Shown here piece after piece: positions 50,501 to 63,854 of a stretch of 64,000 nt of DNA. Position 1 is the first letter of the stretch. Each line of letters begins with the position of its first letter. This stretch comes from Mobula hypostoma (taxonomy: Eukaryota): assembly GCF_963921235.1 (NCBI RefSeq), contig NC_086108.1, positions 83,764,001 to 83,828,000 on the forward strand, given 5' to 3'. Below the pieces are notes generated by a model that was not told the DNA's origin, did no database searches, and was given only the letters and a program-made list of their open reading frames with translations. The position numbers and the translations under genes were made by a program.

Positions 50501-50969
50501 AGGCCATCAGTGCTATTTACTTTTCATTTATTATTATTGAACCAGTTTACGTCCAGTGTTTGATGCTGCAGTCAGACTGAATGTGTGATAATGTTCCACT
50601 TTGTGGCAAAAGGTATTAAGAAAGTTAAGCTGAAGCCTTCTGTGAAAACCCTGTGAATCTCCACAGGGATTTCACGGACACATGCTTTAACTTTGATGTA
50701 AGATCTGCCATAAACAAGGGATGACCAGGAGGAAATTCAATCTTATCAACAACTGCTAGTATACTTGTATTAACACTTCTAAAAAGCAAGATGACAAGAA
50801 GTTTTACAAGAAATATTATTGAACAAATACAGTATTGTCACTAAGTAAATGTCAAAACCTCTCAAAGTAGTTCTATTGCAATCTTTACAGATAACAGAGA
50901 GGCAGAAATAAACAGAGATTGAGATTTAGGGAAGGAATTCCTGACCTTGGGCTATTTTACAAATGTTGT

Positions 50970-52040
50970 TTATTCTCATGAACCTCTTCTGGACCCTCTC
51001 AATGCAAACACATTTTTTCTTAGATGAGGGGGCCAAAATTGCTCACAATACTCCAAGTGTGGTCTGACTAATGCCTTATAAAGACTCAGCATTATATCCT
51101 TGCTCTAATATTCTAGTCCTCTCAAAATGAATGCTAACATTGCATTTGCCTTCCTTACCACTGACTCAACCTGCAAGTTAAACTTTAGGGAATCCTACAC
51201 AAAGACTTCCAAGTCCCTTTGGACTTCTGATTTTTTTTAGTTTTCTCTCCGTTTAGAAAATGGTTTACACCTGTATTCCTTCTACCAAAGTGTATAACCA
51301 TACACTATATTCCATTGTCCAGTTCTTTTTCATAGTCATAGTCATAGTTATAGTCATAGTCATAGTCATACTTTATTAATCCCGGGGAAAATTGATTTTC
51401 GTTACAGTTGCTCCATAAATAATAAATAGTAATAGAACCATAAATAGTTAAATAGTAAAATGTAAATTATGCCAGGAAGTAAGTCCAGGACCAGCCTATT
51501 GGCTCAGGATGTCTGACCCTCCAAGGGAGGAGTTGTAAAGTTTGATGGCCACAGGCAGGAATGACTTCCTATGACACTCAGTGCTGCATCTCGGTGGACT
51601 ATGACGTTCAGTGCTGCATCTCGGTGGACCAATCTGTCTAAGTCCTTCTGCAGACTCCCTGTTTCCCCAACAGAACCTACCCCTCATACTATCTTCACGT
51701 CTTCCACAAATGTCACCACAAAGCTATCAATTCTGTTACCCAAATCTTTGACATATAACGTGAAAAGAAACAGTCCCAGTACCAGCCTCTGCGGAATGCC
51801 ACTAGTCTCCAGCAGTCAACCAGAAAAAACCCCCTTTGTTCCAACTCTTTACCTTCTTCCAGTCTTCCAATCCATGCTAGTGCCTTTCTTCTAATACTAT
51901 AGGCTCTTATTTTGCTAGGCAGCCTCATGTGCAGCATCTTTTCAAATGCCTTCTGAAAATCCAAGTATACAACATCCACTGACTCTCCTTTGTCTATCCT
52001 GCTTGTTATTTTCTCAAATAATTCCAACAGATTTGTCATG
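50970..52040 (-). mobile_element. Decayed CR1 with nested Rex1-type 3' end (about 51331-51630, (ATGACT)n tail)
   Basis: ORF 51713-52087 (VDVVYLDFQKAF); ORF 51496-51687 (RKSFLPVAIKLYN); CATAGT repeats. Confidence 0.8.
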
Positions 52041-52516
52041 CAGTGCACTCTTTCCATCATTTTTGATGGGTTTCTGTGTGCTTTCAATAGAGAGACGCAA
52101 TGACCTTAGATCTATTTCAGATGCTCTTACTCTATGCTGAGGCAGAGATTTCCATAAATTGGCGTGTACATTACATTCTCCATGGCTATCTCTCAGGATC
52201 AGGGAGCAGAAGGAATGTGAAAGCAAGAGAGGTTTGTGGAAGAGTGCTGGGAGGGTGGTGGCTGAGAGAGAAGGAATGTTTGGAGAAAAAGAACTAGGAA
52301 AAGAGGAGAAGATAGAAGTAGAGAGAAATACCTACGTAAGTGCTGGCGGAGAAGTGTTTGAATGGAGGGTAAAAGGAAGGTAAAGTCGATAGGAAGGGAC
52401 AGGTGCAAGAAGATTGGAGGGTGGTCAATTGAAAAATAGGATGTTCAGTGCTAGGGAAGACTAAGTGGAGTGGTGCCTAAGAGAATGTCATTTGGCATAT
52501 GTTGATAAAGAAAATA

Positions 52517-52518
<2 letters not shown>

Positions 52519-52553
<35 letters not shown>

Positions 52554-52765
52554 TATGTCTATGTTTGTGTGTCTATATATACTTGTGCACTTACAAATGT
52601 ACAGTATGTGTCTGTGCATCTATATATATATATATGTGAATGTGTCCCTTTATCTATGTGTGTGTATCTATAAATGTACTGAATGTGTTCATGTCTGTGT
52701 GTTTGTTTATTTTTGTACGTCTCTTTGGCTGTGTGTGGTGTCTGTATCTGTGTGTATATATGTTC
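52519..52765. repeat. (GT)n microsatellite grading into degenerate GT/AT repeat
   Basis: Directly visible. Confidence 0.9.
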
Positions 52766-53170
52766 TTCTCCGTGGATTGTCACCTTGATGTTGTGGAGAA
52801 GCTTGTGTGGTCCTGAGATCCCGAGAGCGATGCCATCTGGAGCTATGCTCCTGGTAGGGTCACCTATGGCGGTAAGGTCGAGGGTGAGGTCCCTGACAAG
52901 GAACAATCCAATCAAGACCTCAGCGGTGGAACAGGCGGATGAAGTTACTTCGAACTCAACGGCTGTGAAGGCAGATGAAGGCTGCAACAAATCCACCAGC
53001 TCCAATCATCGTGGTTTCCATGCCATTAGAATCAGTTGGTTGATTTGTGAAGATTCGTGTGCTTCTTGGAGTGCAACATCAAGTACACGTTAAACAAATA
53101 CACACACAGGCGTCTGTGGGACAACAAAACAAAGACCATCATCCTTGACTTCGAGGGATAGCCACAACAA
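52765..53170 (+). mobile_element. Non-autonomous element derived from an RTE-clade 5' UTR
   Basis: Motif order CACCTTG...GCTTGTGTG...GAGAGCGATGCC...AGGGTCACCTATGGCGG...CCCTGACAA matches the recalled Expander/BovB-type RTE 5' UTR; no ORF; short (CAA) tail. Confidence 0.55.
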
Positions 53171-56100
53171 TGTGTTCTTACTACTGGAGCAAGACCTTAC
53201 TGTCTAAATTTTGTGGGGTTACATGAGTGACAATATCTTGGAGAGTTTATGCAGCAGTAAGAAATTATAGGGATAAGGGAAAACAAGATTGTGGAGGGAT
53301 TAAAACACAGGATAGAAATTATAGATCCTTATACCATGGATACTTCAAGGCAATCCTCCATTAGAGATGTTTCTCAAAATTTGACCTAAAATAAAAAATT
53401 CCTGATAGTTAATCTACTCTTGGAATAGTTTAATTATCCTCTTGGAAAGGCAAGGGAGAAACCACTTGTGCCAGAATCTGAGGAAAGGTTTAAGTTCAGT
53501 AGATGGTCAAGTGATTTCTTCCCCATTGTTCATCGGTGTTCTGTCTGCTGATCTCTCACTGGGCCTCCTCTAAAAGTTTCAGAAGGCTGCACCACTTTCC
53601 AAATCTGAATAAAGGCAGCTACTACTCCATGTGAATTAGCACAGCATTTAATTGTCTGAGGAACATAGATGCTCACAACCTCCAATCAGCTCACTTATGA
53701 TCTACCACTTTCTTTACTTCACAGTGTTATTAGATACATTCCAGCATTCTCCTTTATATCGGGTTTCCAGCAACAGCCATCCTCTTTATTTCACAGATAT
53801 AGCATGCTTTTTGAAGGTTTATTGCACCTTTGTTCTCAGTCTACCTATACTTCCTCCAGGCAGATTATTTATGTTTAACAAACTCTCTTACCCTACCCAA
53901 AACTACAATATCTATTTTCTCTTGGCCTCCAGCCTATTACAGTCACCCCCCCCCCCCCAATTCTCTAAATTCCTACAACGTGTTCCTGTTTTCTAAACTT
54001 TCATAATGTTTAATAAAGATCACCAAATTGGAATGCTAGCTCTTCTATGGATGCTCTCCAGGCCTGTTAAGTATTTCCAATATTTGCTGTGTTTAAATCC
54101 ATTCAACACTCCTGAATTATGTTGGTTTATTTTGAAATGTTTCTGATTTTCCATTCATCATATTCATTTCAAAATTCCTCATTTAATTTACTCTCAGGAT
54201 ACTTTCAAGACATCTGTTAAATTGTTCATCAGTGGGAGCTCAACAGTGGCTGGGAAGAGGAGGGTTGACTCAGGCTGCCCATGAGAAAACAAAGAAAGTC
54301 CTCAACTTTATTCAATGCTACAACATCTCCAGCCAATACTGTCAACACTAGTCACTATTGGAACATAGGAGCTAAGTTAGACACAGCAAATTTCTAAACA
54401 CATCAATATGAGGTCCAGAATTTTATTTGCACGAAAACAGGAATGTTAAAATTTAGTCATCAGTTTTAATGTCAGGACTCCAGACACACACAGCACACAT
54501 ACTTGTAATACGCTTTAAAATGACACACATTATGAAAGAGGAGAGGGTAAAGGAGTCAGGCACTCCACTTCACTGAATGGGACTCTGAAAATTCAATGAA
54601 AAAAATGAGATCAACTGTGTCAATGTCTTTGAGGCTACTCAGAGCAACAACCAGGTACACTGATAGGAGGACTTTACCATCAAGAGATATACAGCAGTAG
54701 ACCTATCACTGTCCTGATGGACAGACATTGGAGGACTGCTGCTTGGTGCTCATGAAACCTACTTTGGTCAGGAACAGTGTATATAAGCTATAAATGTCAT
54801 CAGCTTTCTGCAGAATCATATCATGATAGACATGGAGCAAATCCAAGGAATGAGCACTGAGGAGAGTGTTTCAACAGTTAAATTAAACAATGATGACTAA
54901 GGAGTGATATATTTTCAAAGCAGGTGTGTATGCATTGGAAGGAACACGCAGCTTTTGGTGTTTCCATGCATCTGTTGCCCTCATCCTCTGGGCAGGTGGA
55001 GGAGAAAGGTTTGGAAGTATTCCAGGTCAATAACTTCATTTCATTTTGTAAATAGCAGCCGTGCTGCTTCTATACTGGAGGAAATGAATGCTCAGGCTGC
55101 TTTGACCTAGATCGTGTCCAGCCACTTGAACATTATTGGAGCAAGTGGAGCATATTCCATCACGCTCCAGATTCTTGCTTTATAGATAACAGAAAGGCTA
55201 TGAGGTGCCAAGAGATGAATTATTTGCTTTTGGATGTCCTGTTTCTGACCTTTCCAAAAAATGATCCATTTCACTGTGTATTTTGAGGTACATGTGACAA
55301 ATAAAACTGATCTCTTTCAGTGGATGGTTGATTGAGCTCCATTCCACTGCAGAGTGTTGATTATGGAAGACATGGCAATGCCAATGCCACGGAAAGACAA
55401 GGATAGGTGGTTAAACTCTCTCATGCAGAGATAGATAACATGCAGCATCTTTATGGCACAAATATTATTTGCTAATACTCATCACTTAATCCCAAATTGG
55501 TATAGTTATAGGCAGGCATGAACTGTATCATTTTCTCAGGAACTGCAAATAGGATTGAACATTTGCAAATATCAGTTGACATCCCACATCTGACTTTTGG
55601 CAGGAAGGTTATTGATATATTAACTTAAGTGTTTGTGGACACTACTCTGAAGAATCATAACATGATCTCCTCGGATTGGAATGGTTGATTTCCAAAAAAA
55701 CTATAGCTATCATATGTGAGGTTATGACTTCAGCCACCAGAGCATTTTTCACTTGATGCCCATTAAGTTCAGGTATATCAAGGGTCCTTGACTCCAAACT
55801 TGATCCAATGCTGCCTTGTGGGCAAAGTGAGCAGTATCAGCTCAACTCTGGATCATCTTCATCCTATGATCTATGTTTGGACCAAAGCCATGGTGGACTC
55901 AGCAGCCAAATGGTCCTGGAAGAATCCAGCTGGGTGACAATAAGCAGGATATCTTAAGTGCCATATGATGGCAAAGTCAACAACACTTCTACCAGTGCTA
56001 TCATGGACAGATATATCTGCCACAGACAGATGTATGAGAATAAAGTCAAGTAATCTCACTTCTATTGCCCATTCACAGATTCATGGAAAACTCAAACAAC

Positions 56101-56191
56101 AGGAATTCTGCAGATGCTGGAAATTCAAGCAACACACCTCAAAGTTGCTGGTGAATGCAGCAGGCCAGGCAGCATCTCTAGGAAGAGGTAC

Positions 56192-56227
56192 AGTCAACGT
56201 TTCAGGCCGAGACCCTTCGTCAGGACT
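56192..56227 (-). ncRNA. Minimal hammerhead ribozyme
   Basis: AGUC-CUGACGA-AGGGUCUCGGCCU-GAAAC-GUU^GACU. Confidence 0.75.
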
Positions 56228-56944
56228 AACTGAAGGAAGAGTTAGTAAGGGATTTGAAAGTTGGAGGGGGAGGGGGAGATCCAAAATGATAGGAGATGAC
56301 AGGAGGGGGAGGGATGGAGCCAAGAGCTGGACATGTGATTGGCAAAAGGGGATACGAGAGGATCATGGGACAGGAGGTCCGGGAAGAAAGACAAGGGGGG
56401 GAACCCAGAGGATGGGCAAGGGGTATAGTCAGAGGGACAGAGGGAGAAAAAGGAGAGTGAGAGAAAGAATCTGTGTATATAAATAAATAACGGATGGGGT
56501 ATGAGGGGGAGGTGGGGCATAAGATGTCTATCCACGACCTCCTCTACTGTAAAGATGAAACCACACTCAGGTTGGAGGAACAACACCTTATATTCCGTCT
56601 GGGTAGCCTCCAACCTGATGGCATGAACATCGACTTCTCTAACTTCCGCTAATGCCCCACCTCCCCCTCGTACCCCATCCGTTATTTATTTTTATACACA
56701 GATTCTTTCTCTCACTCTCCTTTTTCTCCCTCTGTCCCTCTGACTATACCCCTTGCCCATCCTCTGGGTTCCCCCCCTTGTCTTTCTTCCCAGACCTCCT
56801 GTCCCATGATCCTCTGGTATCCCCTTTTGCCAATCACCTGTCCAGCTCTTGGCTCCATCCCTCCCCCTCCTGTCTTCTCCTATCATTTTGGATCTCCCCC
56901 TCCCCCTCCCACTTTCAAATCTCTTACTAACTCTTCCTTCAGTT

Positions 56945-56980
56945 AGTCCTGACGAAGGGTCTCAGCCTGAAACGTTGACT
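56945..56980 (+). ncRNA. Minimal hammerhead ribozyme
   Basis: AGUC-CUGACGA-AGGGUCUCAGCCU-GAAAC-GUU^GACU. Confidence 0.75.
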
Positions 56981-58039
56981 GTACCTCTTCCTACAGATGC
57001 TGCCTGGCCTGCTGCGTTCACCAGCAACTTTGATGTGTGTTTCATGGAAACCTGGTTGTTCTCATATACATGAATATATTTTTTAAATTCTGGATTATTA
57101 ACTGAATATTAGCTGCACAGCTCCCATGGTGAGTTCTGAACTCAGGTCACTAGATTATTAATTCAGATTTCTGAGATTACCAGACTGCTGCACCACCAGA
57201 ATGTATGAAATTACAATAAATTTATTACCATTGAAATGCAGTCATAACCAGCTTTTTAGTGAAATACAGTACATTTTGCCAAATATAAACAATATTAAAC
57301 CATGACTGTCAATACTTAAAATAAATTAATGTAAATAAATCAAATCTCTTCAATGATATGACTTCCCTTATAGAAATAATGAATAGGAATTTTGAGAGGA
57401 GTACTTTACCCAGAGAACAGCAAAAATATATAACTCACTATCACAGTTAGTACTTAAAGAAGACAGAATGCTTGCACTTACAGGTACGATAAGTGCATGA
57501 GGTGGAAGGAATGAAGGACATTCTGAAGGGGTTGGAGGCTGTGGGAAGACCGAATGCCCTGTTACCACCTCTGAAGGGATTATTCCAACACATACTTTCC
57601 TACTCATTAGTGACATCTACAAATGTGCATATAACAAATTGAAGAACTGGAAAAAGGCAGGGAAAAGAAACATATTGCTCCAGCACTTGGTTGGATCAAA
57701 TCTAGAAGAGGATATAGGCAGAGACTGGACACCGTTCTGAATGGAAGATTGATTAAGAAACAGGGAGAAATAGAAGAGAGAAAGAAAGACATAACAATGC
57801 TTGAGGAAGTAGGTGAGGGAAAAGATGAAAAGTTTAGACAAGTGAGAGTGAGGAAGATTTCAAGTAAAAAGAGTTGGGTACCTCTGTACTTAAATGGTAC
57901 TGAAAGAGTAGTGATGAGTACAACTGACAACTGATACTCCCAGCATTCAGCAATTAGTGCCAATGCCAAAGATATTTCTCTGTTACCCACCCTCCACTAC
58001 CCCCACTCCTTACATGACCTAGAGTATTGTATGTGAAAA

Positions 58040-58097
<58 letters not shown>

Positions 58098-58112
58098 GGA
58101 GAGAGAGAGAGA
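58040..58112. repeat. (GA)n microsatellite
   Basis: Directly visible. Confidence 0.95.
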
Positions 58113-58119
58113 TTATAAG

Positions 58120-58570
58120 ATCACAAGACCATAACACATCAGAGCAGAATTAGGCCATTCAGCCTACTGAGTCTGCACTGTAATTCCATCATGGCTGATT
58201 TATTATCCTTCTCAACCCCATTCTCCTGCCTCCCCCCCCCCCCCCCGTAACCTTTGGCACTCTTACTAACCTCCACTTTAAACAAATTCAATGACTAGGC
58301 CTCTACAGCTCTCTGTGGCAATAAGTTGCTCAGATTCACCACTCTCTGGCTGAAGAAATCCCTCCTCATCTCTGTTCTGAAGGGACGTTCTTCAGTTCTG
58401 AGGCTGTGCCCTCTGGTCCTAGTCTTCTCCACTGTAAGAAACATCCTTTTCACATCCGCTGTATCAAGACCATTCAATATTGGATAGGTCTCAATGAGAT
58501 TCTGCCCCACTCCCCTCATTTTTCTGAACTCCAGTGAGTACAGGCCCAGAGCCAACAATTGCACCTCAGA
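58120..58570 (-). mobile_element. CR1 3' fragment
   Basis: ORF 58295-58564 (LGLYSLEFRKMRG...FFSQRVVNL). Confidence 0.85.
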
Positions 58571-59041
58571 AAGAGAGAGTGACGAAGGTTAGATATGAAG
58601 TGAAGGAGATGCACAAAAAATAGTGTTCCATTCAGAGATGGGCTTCCAGGATCAGTTGGAACAAAAGACAATTATCAGACAGTTGAAACAATTTGTCAAG
58701 TTCTAGGTGGAAATGAAAGCAAAGTTAAGTAGGAGATAATATGATGAGTTCAAGCAGTGAGTTTATTATGAAGATTGACCTGCAGTGCTGAGTGTCAAAG
58801 CAGGCAATCAGAGAGATCAAAATAAAAGGTGAAAACCGAGCATGCTGTCTCAAAAGACTAAATAATAATATCGATTGTGTGGCAGTAATTAGGTAAGACA
58901 AAGGTTAGATGTCAAAAAACATCCAGATTAAAGAAGACAGATGGATGAAGGAACTCTGTAGTACTGAGATTCAGTGAAAGAATATGTCACAGACTGTACA
59001 AAAATTTCAGTCCACTTTAGTGAAACAGAAGTTAATAATGC

Positions 59042-59558
59042 ACACTCAATGGCCACTGTGTTAGGTATCTAATAAAGTGGCCACTGAGAATGTGTCCATG
59101 GTCTTCTGCTGGTGTACCCCATCCACTTCAGCGTTTGCCATGCTGTGCGCCAGAGATGCTCTTCTGCACACCATTGCTGTAATTCATGGTTATTTGAGTT
59201 AAGGTCACCTTCCTGTCAGTTTTAATGAGGCTGCAATTCTCCTCTGACCTCTCTCATTAACAAGGCATTTTCACCCACAGAACTGCCACTCACTGGGTGT
59301 TTTTTTTTGTTTTTCACACCATTCTCTATAAATTTTAGAGACTGCTATGCAAGAAAATCCCAGGAGATCGGCAGTTTCTGAGATACCTAAATCACCCTGC
59401 GTGGTACCAATAAGCATTCCACAGTTAAAGTCACTTAGTTCACATTCCCTCTCCATTCCAATGTTTGATCTGAATGACAACTGAACCTATTGAACATGTC
59501 TGCATACTTTTATGTATTTTGCTGCCACCTGATTGTTTGATTAGATATTTGCATTAAC
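59042..59558 (-). mobile_element. Non-autonomous Tc1-like remnant
   Basis: Minus ORF ELSDFNCGMLIG...ISETADLLGFS...VSKIYREW is a Tc1 transposase helix-turn-helix; ACTCAATGGCCACT-type end. Confidence 0.75.
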
Positions 59559-61078
59559 TGCTATGTTTTGTACCTCCAGAAACTAATCACAAGAAAAACA
59601 CGGGAACTTGTCTACCTCGTTTTCTTTAGTGAGGTGCTCACATATGACGTGGTGACATAATGATGAATGCCATTCAGATACCTCTTACATATATCCCATA
59701 ATGTTCTATGTAAACAAACAAAGGATGCTTAATGTACAATATAATTACAATACTACTCAAAAATTACTGAAATATTAAATACACTACCCACCTCCCTGCT
59801 TAGCTATAAACTCCAACTCAATATATAATGCATCTCAATTCAAACATGCCATTCAGGCCTAAGGATTTAATGGCTGTGGAGCATTTCTTACTCTTGTGGG
59901 ATAACGTCTTTCCTAAGGAGGTGGGGATCACTCTACTTGGCAGGTGAGACTTGTGTCTGTGGAACAATCTCAGCTTCTGGGGCCTCCTCCATGGTGGTTG
60001 TAGGAGTTGAATCTGGGACTGCAGCAAGTGGTTCTGACAGCTCTAAACACTTTTTTCTCTCTAGCAATTGGCTCTGCTGTCCTCAGCTGACCAATGTGCT
60101 GAGGAGAGCAGAGCAAAATGACATCAGACACAATCTCCATTGTATAGGAGAGTGGTCCAGTTCTGTCCTTAATCTTTCCAATGTACCCACTTTTGATCAC
60201 CTCTGTAGTCCATCGCCAGGATTGCTCGTCTAGGAGTGAAACATCAAAACTCCTTGTTGAGGAGCCCTCAGTTAGTCTCAGCTGTTTGTCCTGCAGACTC
60301 CTCCTGACACTGGGTTTGAGGAGATCAAAGCGTGAGTGCAAGGGACAAACCACAATTGGCATGGCTGGTGAATTGTTGGTTGTGGAGCACGCTGCTCTTG
60401 GCATCTTCCGGACATGTTGGAATCCCGAACAGTACATGGCAAGCTGTTTGATCTGCTGATCTATCCCAGGCCACCAGACAAGACGTCGAGCCAATGCTTT
60501 CATTTTGACCATGCCTAGATGACCAGCATGTAGCTCCTCCAACACTTTAGCTCTCTGCTTGGATGGTACAATAACTTTCAATCCCCACATAATGCAATGC
60601 CCGTAAAGAGCAAGATCTTCTCGATGCTGTTAAAAATTTCTGCTGCACATTCCAGCCATTTTGGTTTACCATGTAGACCTGAGACAGTGTGGAGTCTTTT
60701 CTGGTTTCCCTTTGGATCATCTCTGCCATAATAGGGAGACTTTTGGTTTGCATTAGGGAGAATATGTCAAGAGGAGTGTCCTCTATTTGTAAAATTTTCA
60801 GGAATTTCCTTTTCCAAGGGTAAACAGGACAATATATCGGTATTTCCATGATTAGTTGTCCTCTTGAATTCAATCTTGCAGTTTGTGTTCTCCAAGAAAC
60901 AGAGAAACAGAGCCCCTCTCTGCACTCGTGCTGCTACTACGAGTGAAACACATTTCTGTAGGTTGAAAATGGACACTAGTGGTCGAGGATCAGTAATAAG
61001 GGTAAACTCTCGGAAAGCCTCCTCATACTGCTTTACCAATTGCCATTTCTTCCCGATCTGTAGTAATGAGTTCAATGA
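59559..61078 (-). mobile_element. Gypsy LTR element 3' part (LTR about 59559-59787, polypurine tract, RNase H and integrase remnants), abutting a CR1 3' fragment at 61079-61353 (+)
   Basis: ORF 59970-60590 (VLEELHAGHLGMVKMKALARRLVWWPGID); LTR homologous to 39698-39946. Confidence 0.88.
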
Positions 61079-62649
61079 GTGGAAGGTGAAAGGTGAAATG
61101 TTTAAGGGGAACATGAGGGGAAACTTCTTCACTGAGAGAGTGGTGCAAGTGTGGAGCGAGCTGCCAGCGCAAATGGTGGATGCAATTTCGATTTCAACCT
61201 TTAAAAGTTTGGATAGTACATGGGCAGCAGGGGAGTGGAATGCTATGGTCCAGGCACTGGTATATGGGACTAGGCAGTTTAAATGGAGTAGCATGGACTA
61301 GATGGGCCGAATGGCCTGTTTCTGCACTGTAGTTTTCTATGACTCTGTGACTCTGCTAGCTGGAAGGGGCAAGATTTTAATGCAGTCCACAGCACTTGTG
61401 ACAAAGAAAATATCAAAAGGGAAAAAAATAGGAAGTCCTAATGCTTACTCTGTCAATGATGGCTAAAGTGCATTGTGACTGATAACATTTGCATTAAGTA
61501 AACCCATTCAAAGCTATTAGTTGGAGCATGGGCCTTGATCTATTTTCCTTGTGTGTGTACCTGTGGGGTGCTTTTGATTTTAAGGAAAAATAGAAAAATG
61601 TACTACATTATTTTTTTAAATTAGCTTTTTTTTTGCTGCCTGTAACCTGCCAAAGCCATCTTGGAAACTTTGATGTAATTTGCTGTACCATGTCACGCTG
61701 ATCAGACTCGTGTTTTGTGTTTAGACTTTCAGTTTGGCACAGCATGTTGCTGGAGAGATAAACTTATAAAATCAGAGTGAGGGAAACCAAATAACGGCAG
61801 CTGGGCGAACAACCGTACGGCTCCTTTACTCATCAGCTTGTGAAATTAGTGACTGAGCTGGAGATGCAAAACAGAGTTGGCAAATTTAATACCAGATCAA
61901 GTGGAGAATGAAAAATAAAAAGAAGGAAGGAAATATTGGCTTCAGTTAGAAGAAAATGAAGGAAGGCTCAGAGTGTTGCTGAGGACTCTCACTGATTTTT
62001 ATAGACCCACCGTAGATCTCCCAGTGCATCATAGCAGTGATGGAAACTGCTCTATCAGGATTGCAAGAAGATTGCAGAGTGTTGAATTTACTATCCTATC
62101 CATTAAAAAGACTAATTTCACCTCCAATGATTCTGTCTGCAGTTCTCACTGCCTTGGGAAGGCAGCCAACGTAACCAAAGACCCTTCCCACCCTGGCCAT
62201 CCTCTCTTCCATCAGGCAGAATATACAAAAGTCTGAGAATATGTGTCACTGAAGTCAAGGACAGCTATCCTGCTGTTATATACTGTATGTAACTCATAAA
62301 GGAACCTTTTATATGCTAAAGATGAACTCTTCATCTCTCAATCTTTCAATAAAATGCTCTTACGTTTTATTTGCCTACCTGCGCTGAACTTTCTCTGTAG
62401 CTGTAACATTATTTTTTGCATTTTTTTAATCTTTTGCACTACCTTGATGTATTTGTGCATGGAATGAACTGTTTGGATGGCATGCAGACCAATGCTTTTC
62501 CCTGTATCCCAGTATATGTGACAGTGATAAACCAATTACCTGAAGGAATTGTCATACAACTGTTAGTTTTCAATGCCAGAGAGGTTGTTTATCAGTAACT
62601 AACAATTTAACACACCATGCCATCAAAGGACACGGAATGAAAATTTTTA

Positions 62650-62945
62650 TTTTATTTTTATTTAGAGATACAGCCAGAGTAGGCCCTTCCACCCCTTCGA
62701 GCTGAGTTGCACAAGCAACCCCCAACAACCCCAATTTAACCTTTGTCTAATGATGGTACAATTTGCAATGACCAATAAACCTACCCAGTGTGTCTCTGGA
62801 CTGTGGGAAGAAACTGGAGCACCTAAGGAAAACCCCACACATTCCAGGGTGAGGACGTACAGAGACTTCTGACACAGGACATTGAAATTGAACTCCGAAC
62901 TCCACCATCCCAAATTGTAATAGCATTGCACACTTTGTGCACTTT
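62650..62945 (-). mobile_element. V-SINE/HE1-like SINE
   Basis: Colinear with 17192-17485. Confidence 0.7.
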
Positions 62946-63674
62946 ACACTAAGCTGGCTTCTTGTGGTGAGTTGCATTCATTTTTATCACACAGAAAGAT
63001 TAAGTTTAATGTATTTCAATCGAGAGCCAGAAAGCAGTATGTCATGCAAATTGTAGAGGAATGTTTGGACATTTAGCGAAAGGAAACAAAGGTGCCTTCC
63101 AAGTTGTCTTTAAAATACTTTATAGCTAATGTTGTATGCTGAAATGGAGCCAAGTTTCTAATATCAGTTAGCCTTGAGGGATAAATCAGACATGACGGAA
63201 TGGCAGAACAGACTCGATGGGCCAAATGGACTAATTCTGCTCCTATGCCTTCTGGTCTTCTGGTCTTAAAAGGTGAATAAAGGGATCAGAGATTGCACAG
63301 AGACAAACACAGAAAACATATTAAAGGAAAGTAGTATAGGAAAGAGAAGTACAATTACATTATGTTTTGTCTTCCTTACTATTGGGAACTATGTTTAGTG
63401 ATATAAATCTGATTCTTATGAATGTGGGTTTGGACCATTAACTTCAGCTTGGAGCATTGCTCTTATCCTTTAGTAGGATAACAGGGACCTCATAATCTAT
63501 TTCGTTATTACCTTGCACCTTATTGTCTAGCTGCACTGCATTTCCGTGTAAGTATCACACTGTAATAGTTTTCCCTCCTACCACCTAAATGCACTGTTGG
63601 AATTAATTGATATGGATGCAAGATAAGTTTTCACTACTTTGGACGTATGGCAATAATAAACCAAATTACCAATT

Positions 63675-63854
63675 CAACAGGAATTCTGCAGATGCTGGAA
63701 ATTCAAGCAACACACATCAAAGTTGCTGGTGAACGCAGCAGGCCACGCAGCATCTCTAGGAAGGGTCCTGACGAAGGGTCTCGGCCTGAAACGTCGACTG
63801 TACCTCTTCCTAGAGATGCTGCCTGGCCTGCTGCGTTCACCAGCAACTTTGATG
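63675..63854 (+). mobile_element. Minimal Penelope insertion (inverted end plus hammerhead-bearing direct end)
   Basis: TSD CAAATTACCAATT (63662-63674) and CAAATTAGCAATT (63855-63867). Confidence 0.88.
63764..63799 (+). ncRNA. Minimal hammerhead ribozyme
   Basis: GGUC-CUGACGA-AGGGUCUCGGCCU-GAAAC-GUC^GACU. Confidence 0.78.

Larger units (their letters stand above)
56093..57040 (+). mobile_element. Penelope-like insertion forming a long inverted repeat
   Basis: Arms about 56093-56520 and 56651-57040 flank a GIY-YIG C-terminal spacer; TSD TTCATGGAAA at 56080-56089 and 57041-57050. Confidence 0.92.

Noticed and set aside
52465..52788. Cys/Val-rich ORF
   Set aside because: It is a translation of a GT microsatellite.
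57360..57990. Purine-rich stretch with several short ORFs
   Set aside because: There is no consistent frame or splice signal; it is probably a decayed repeat or low-complexity DNA.
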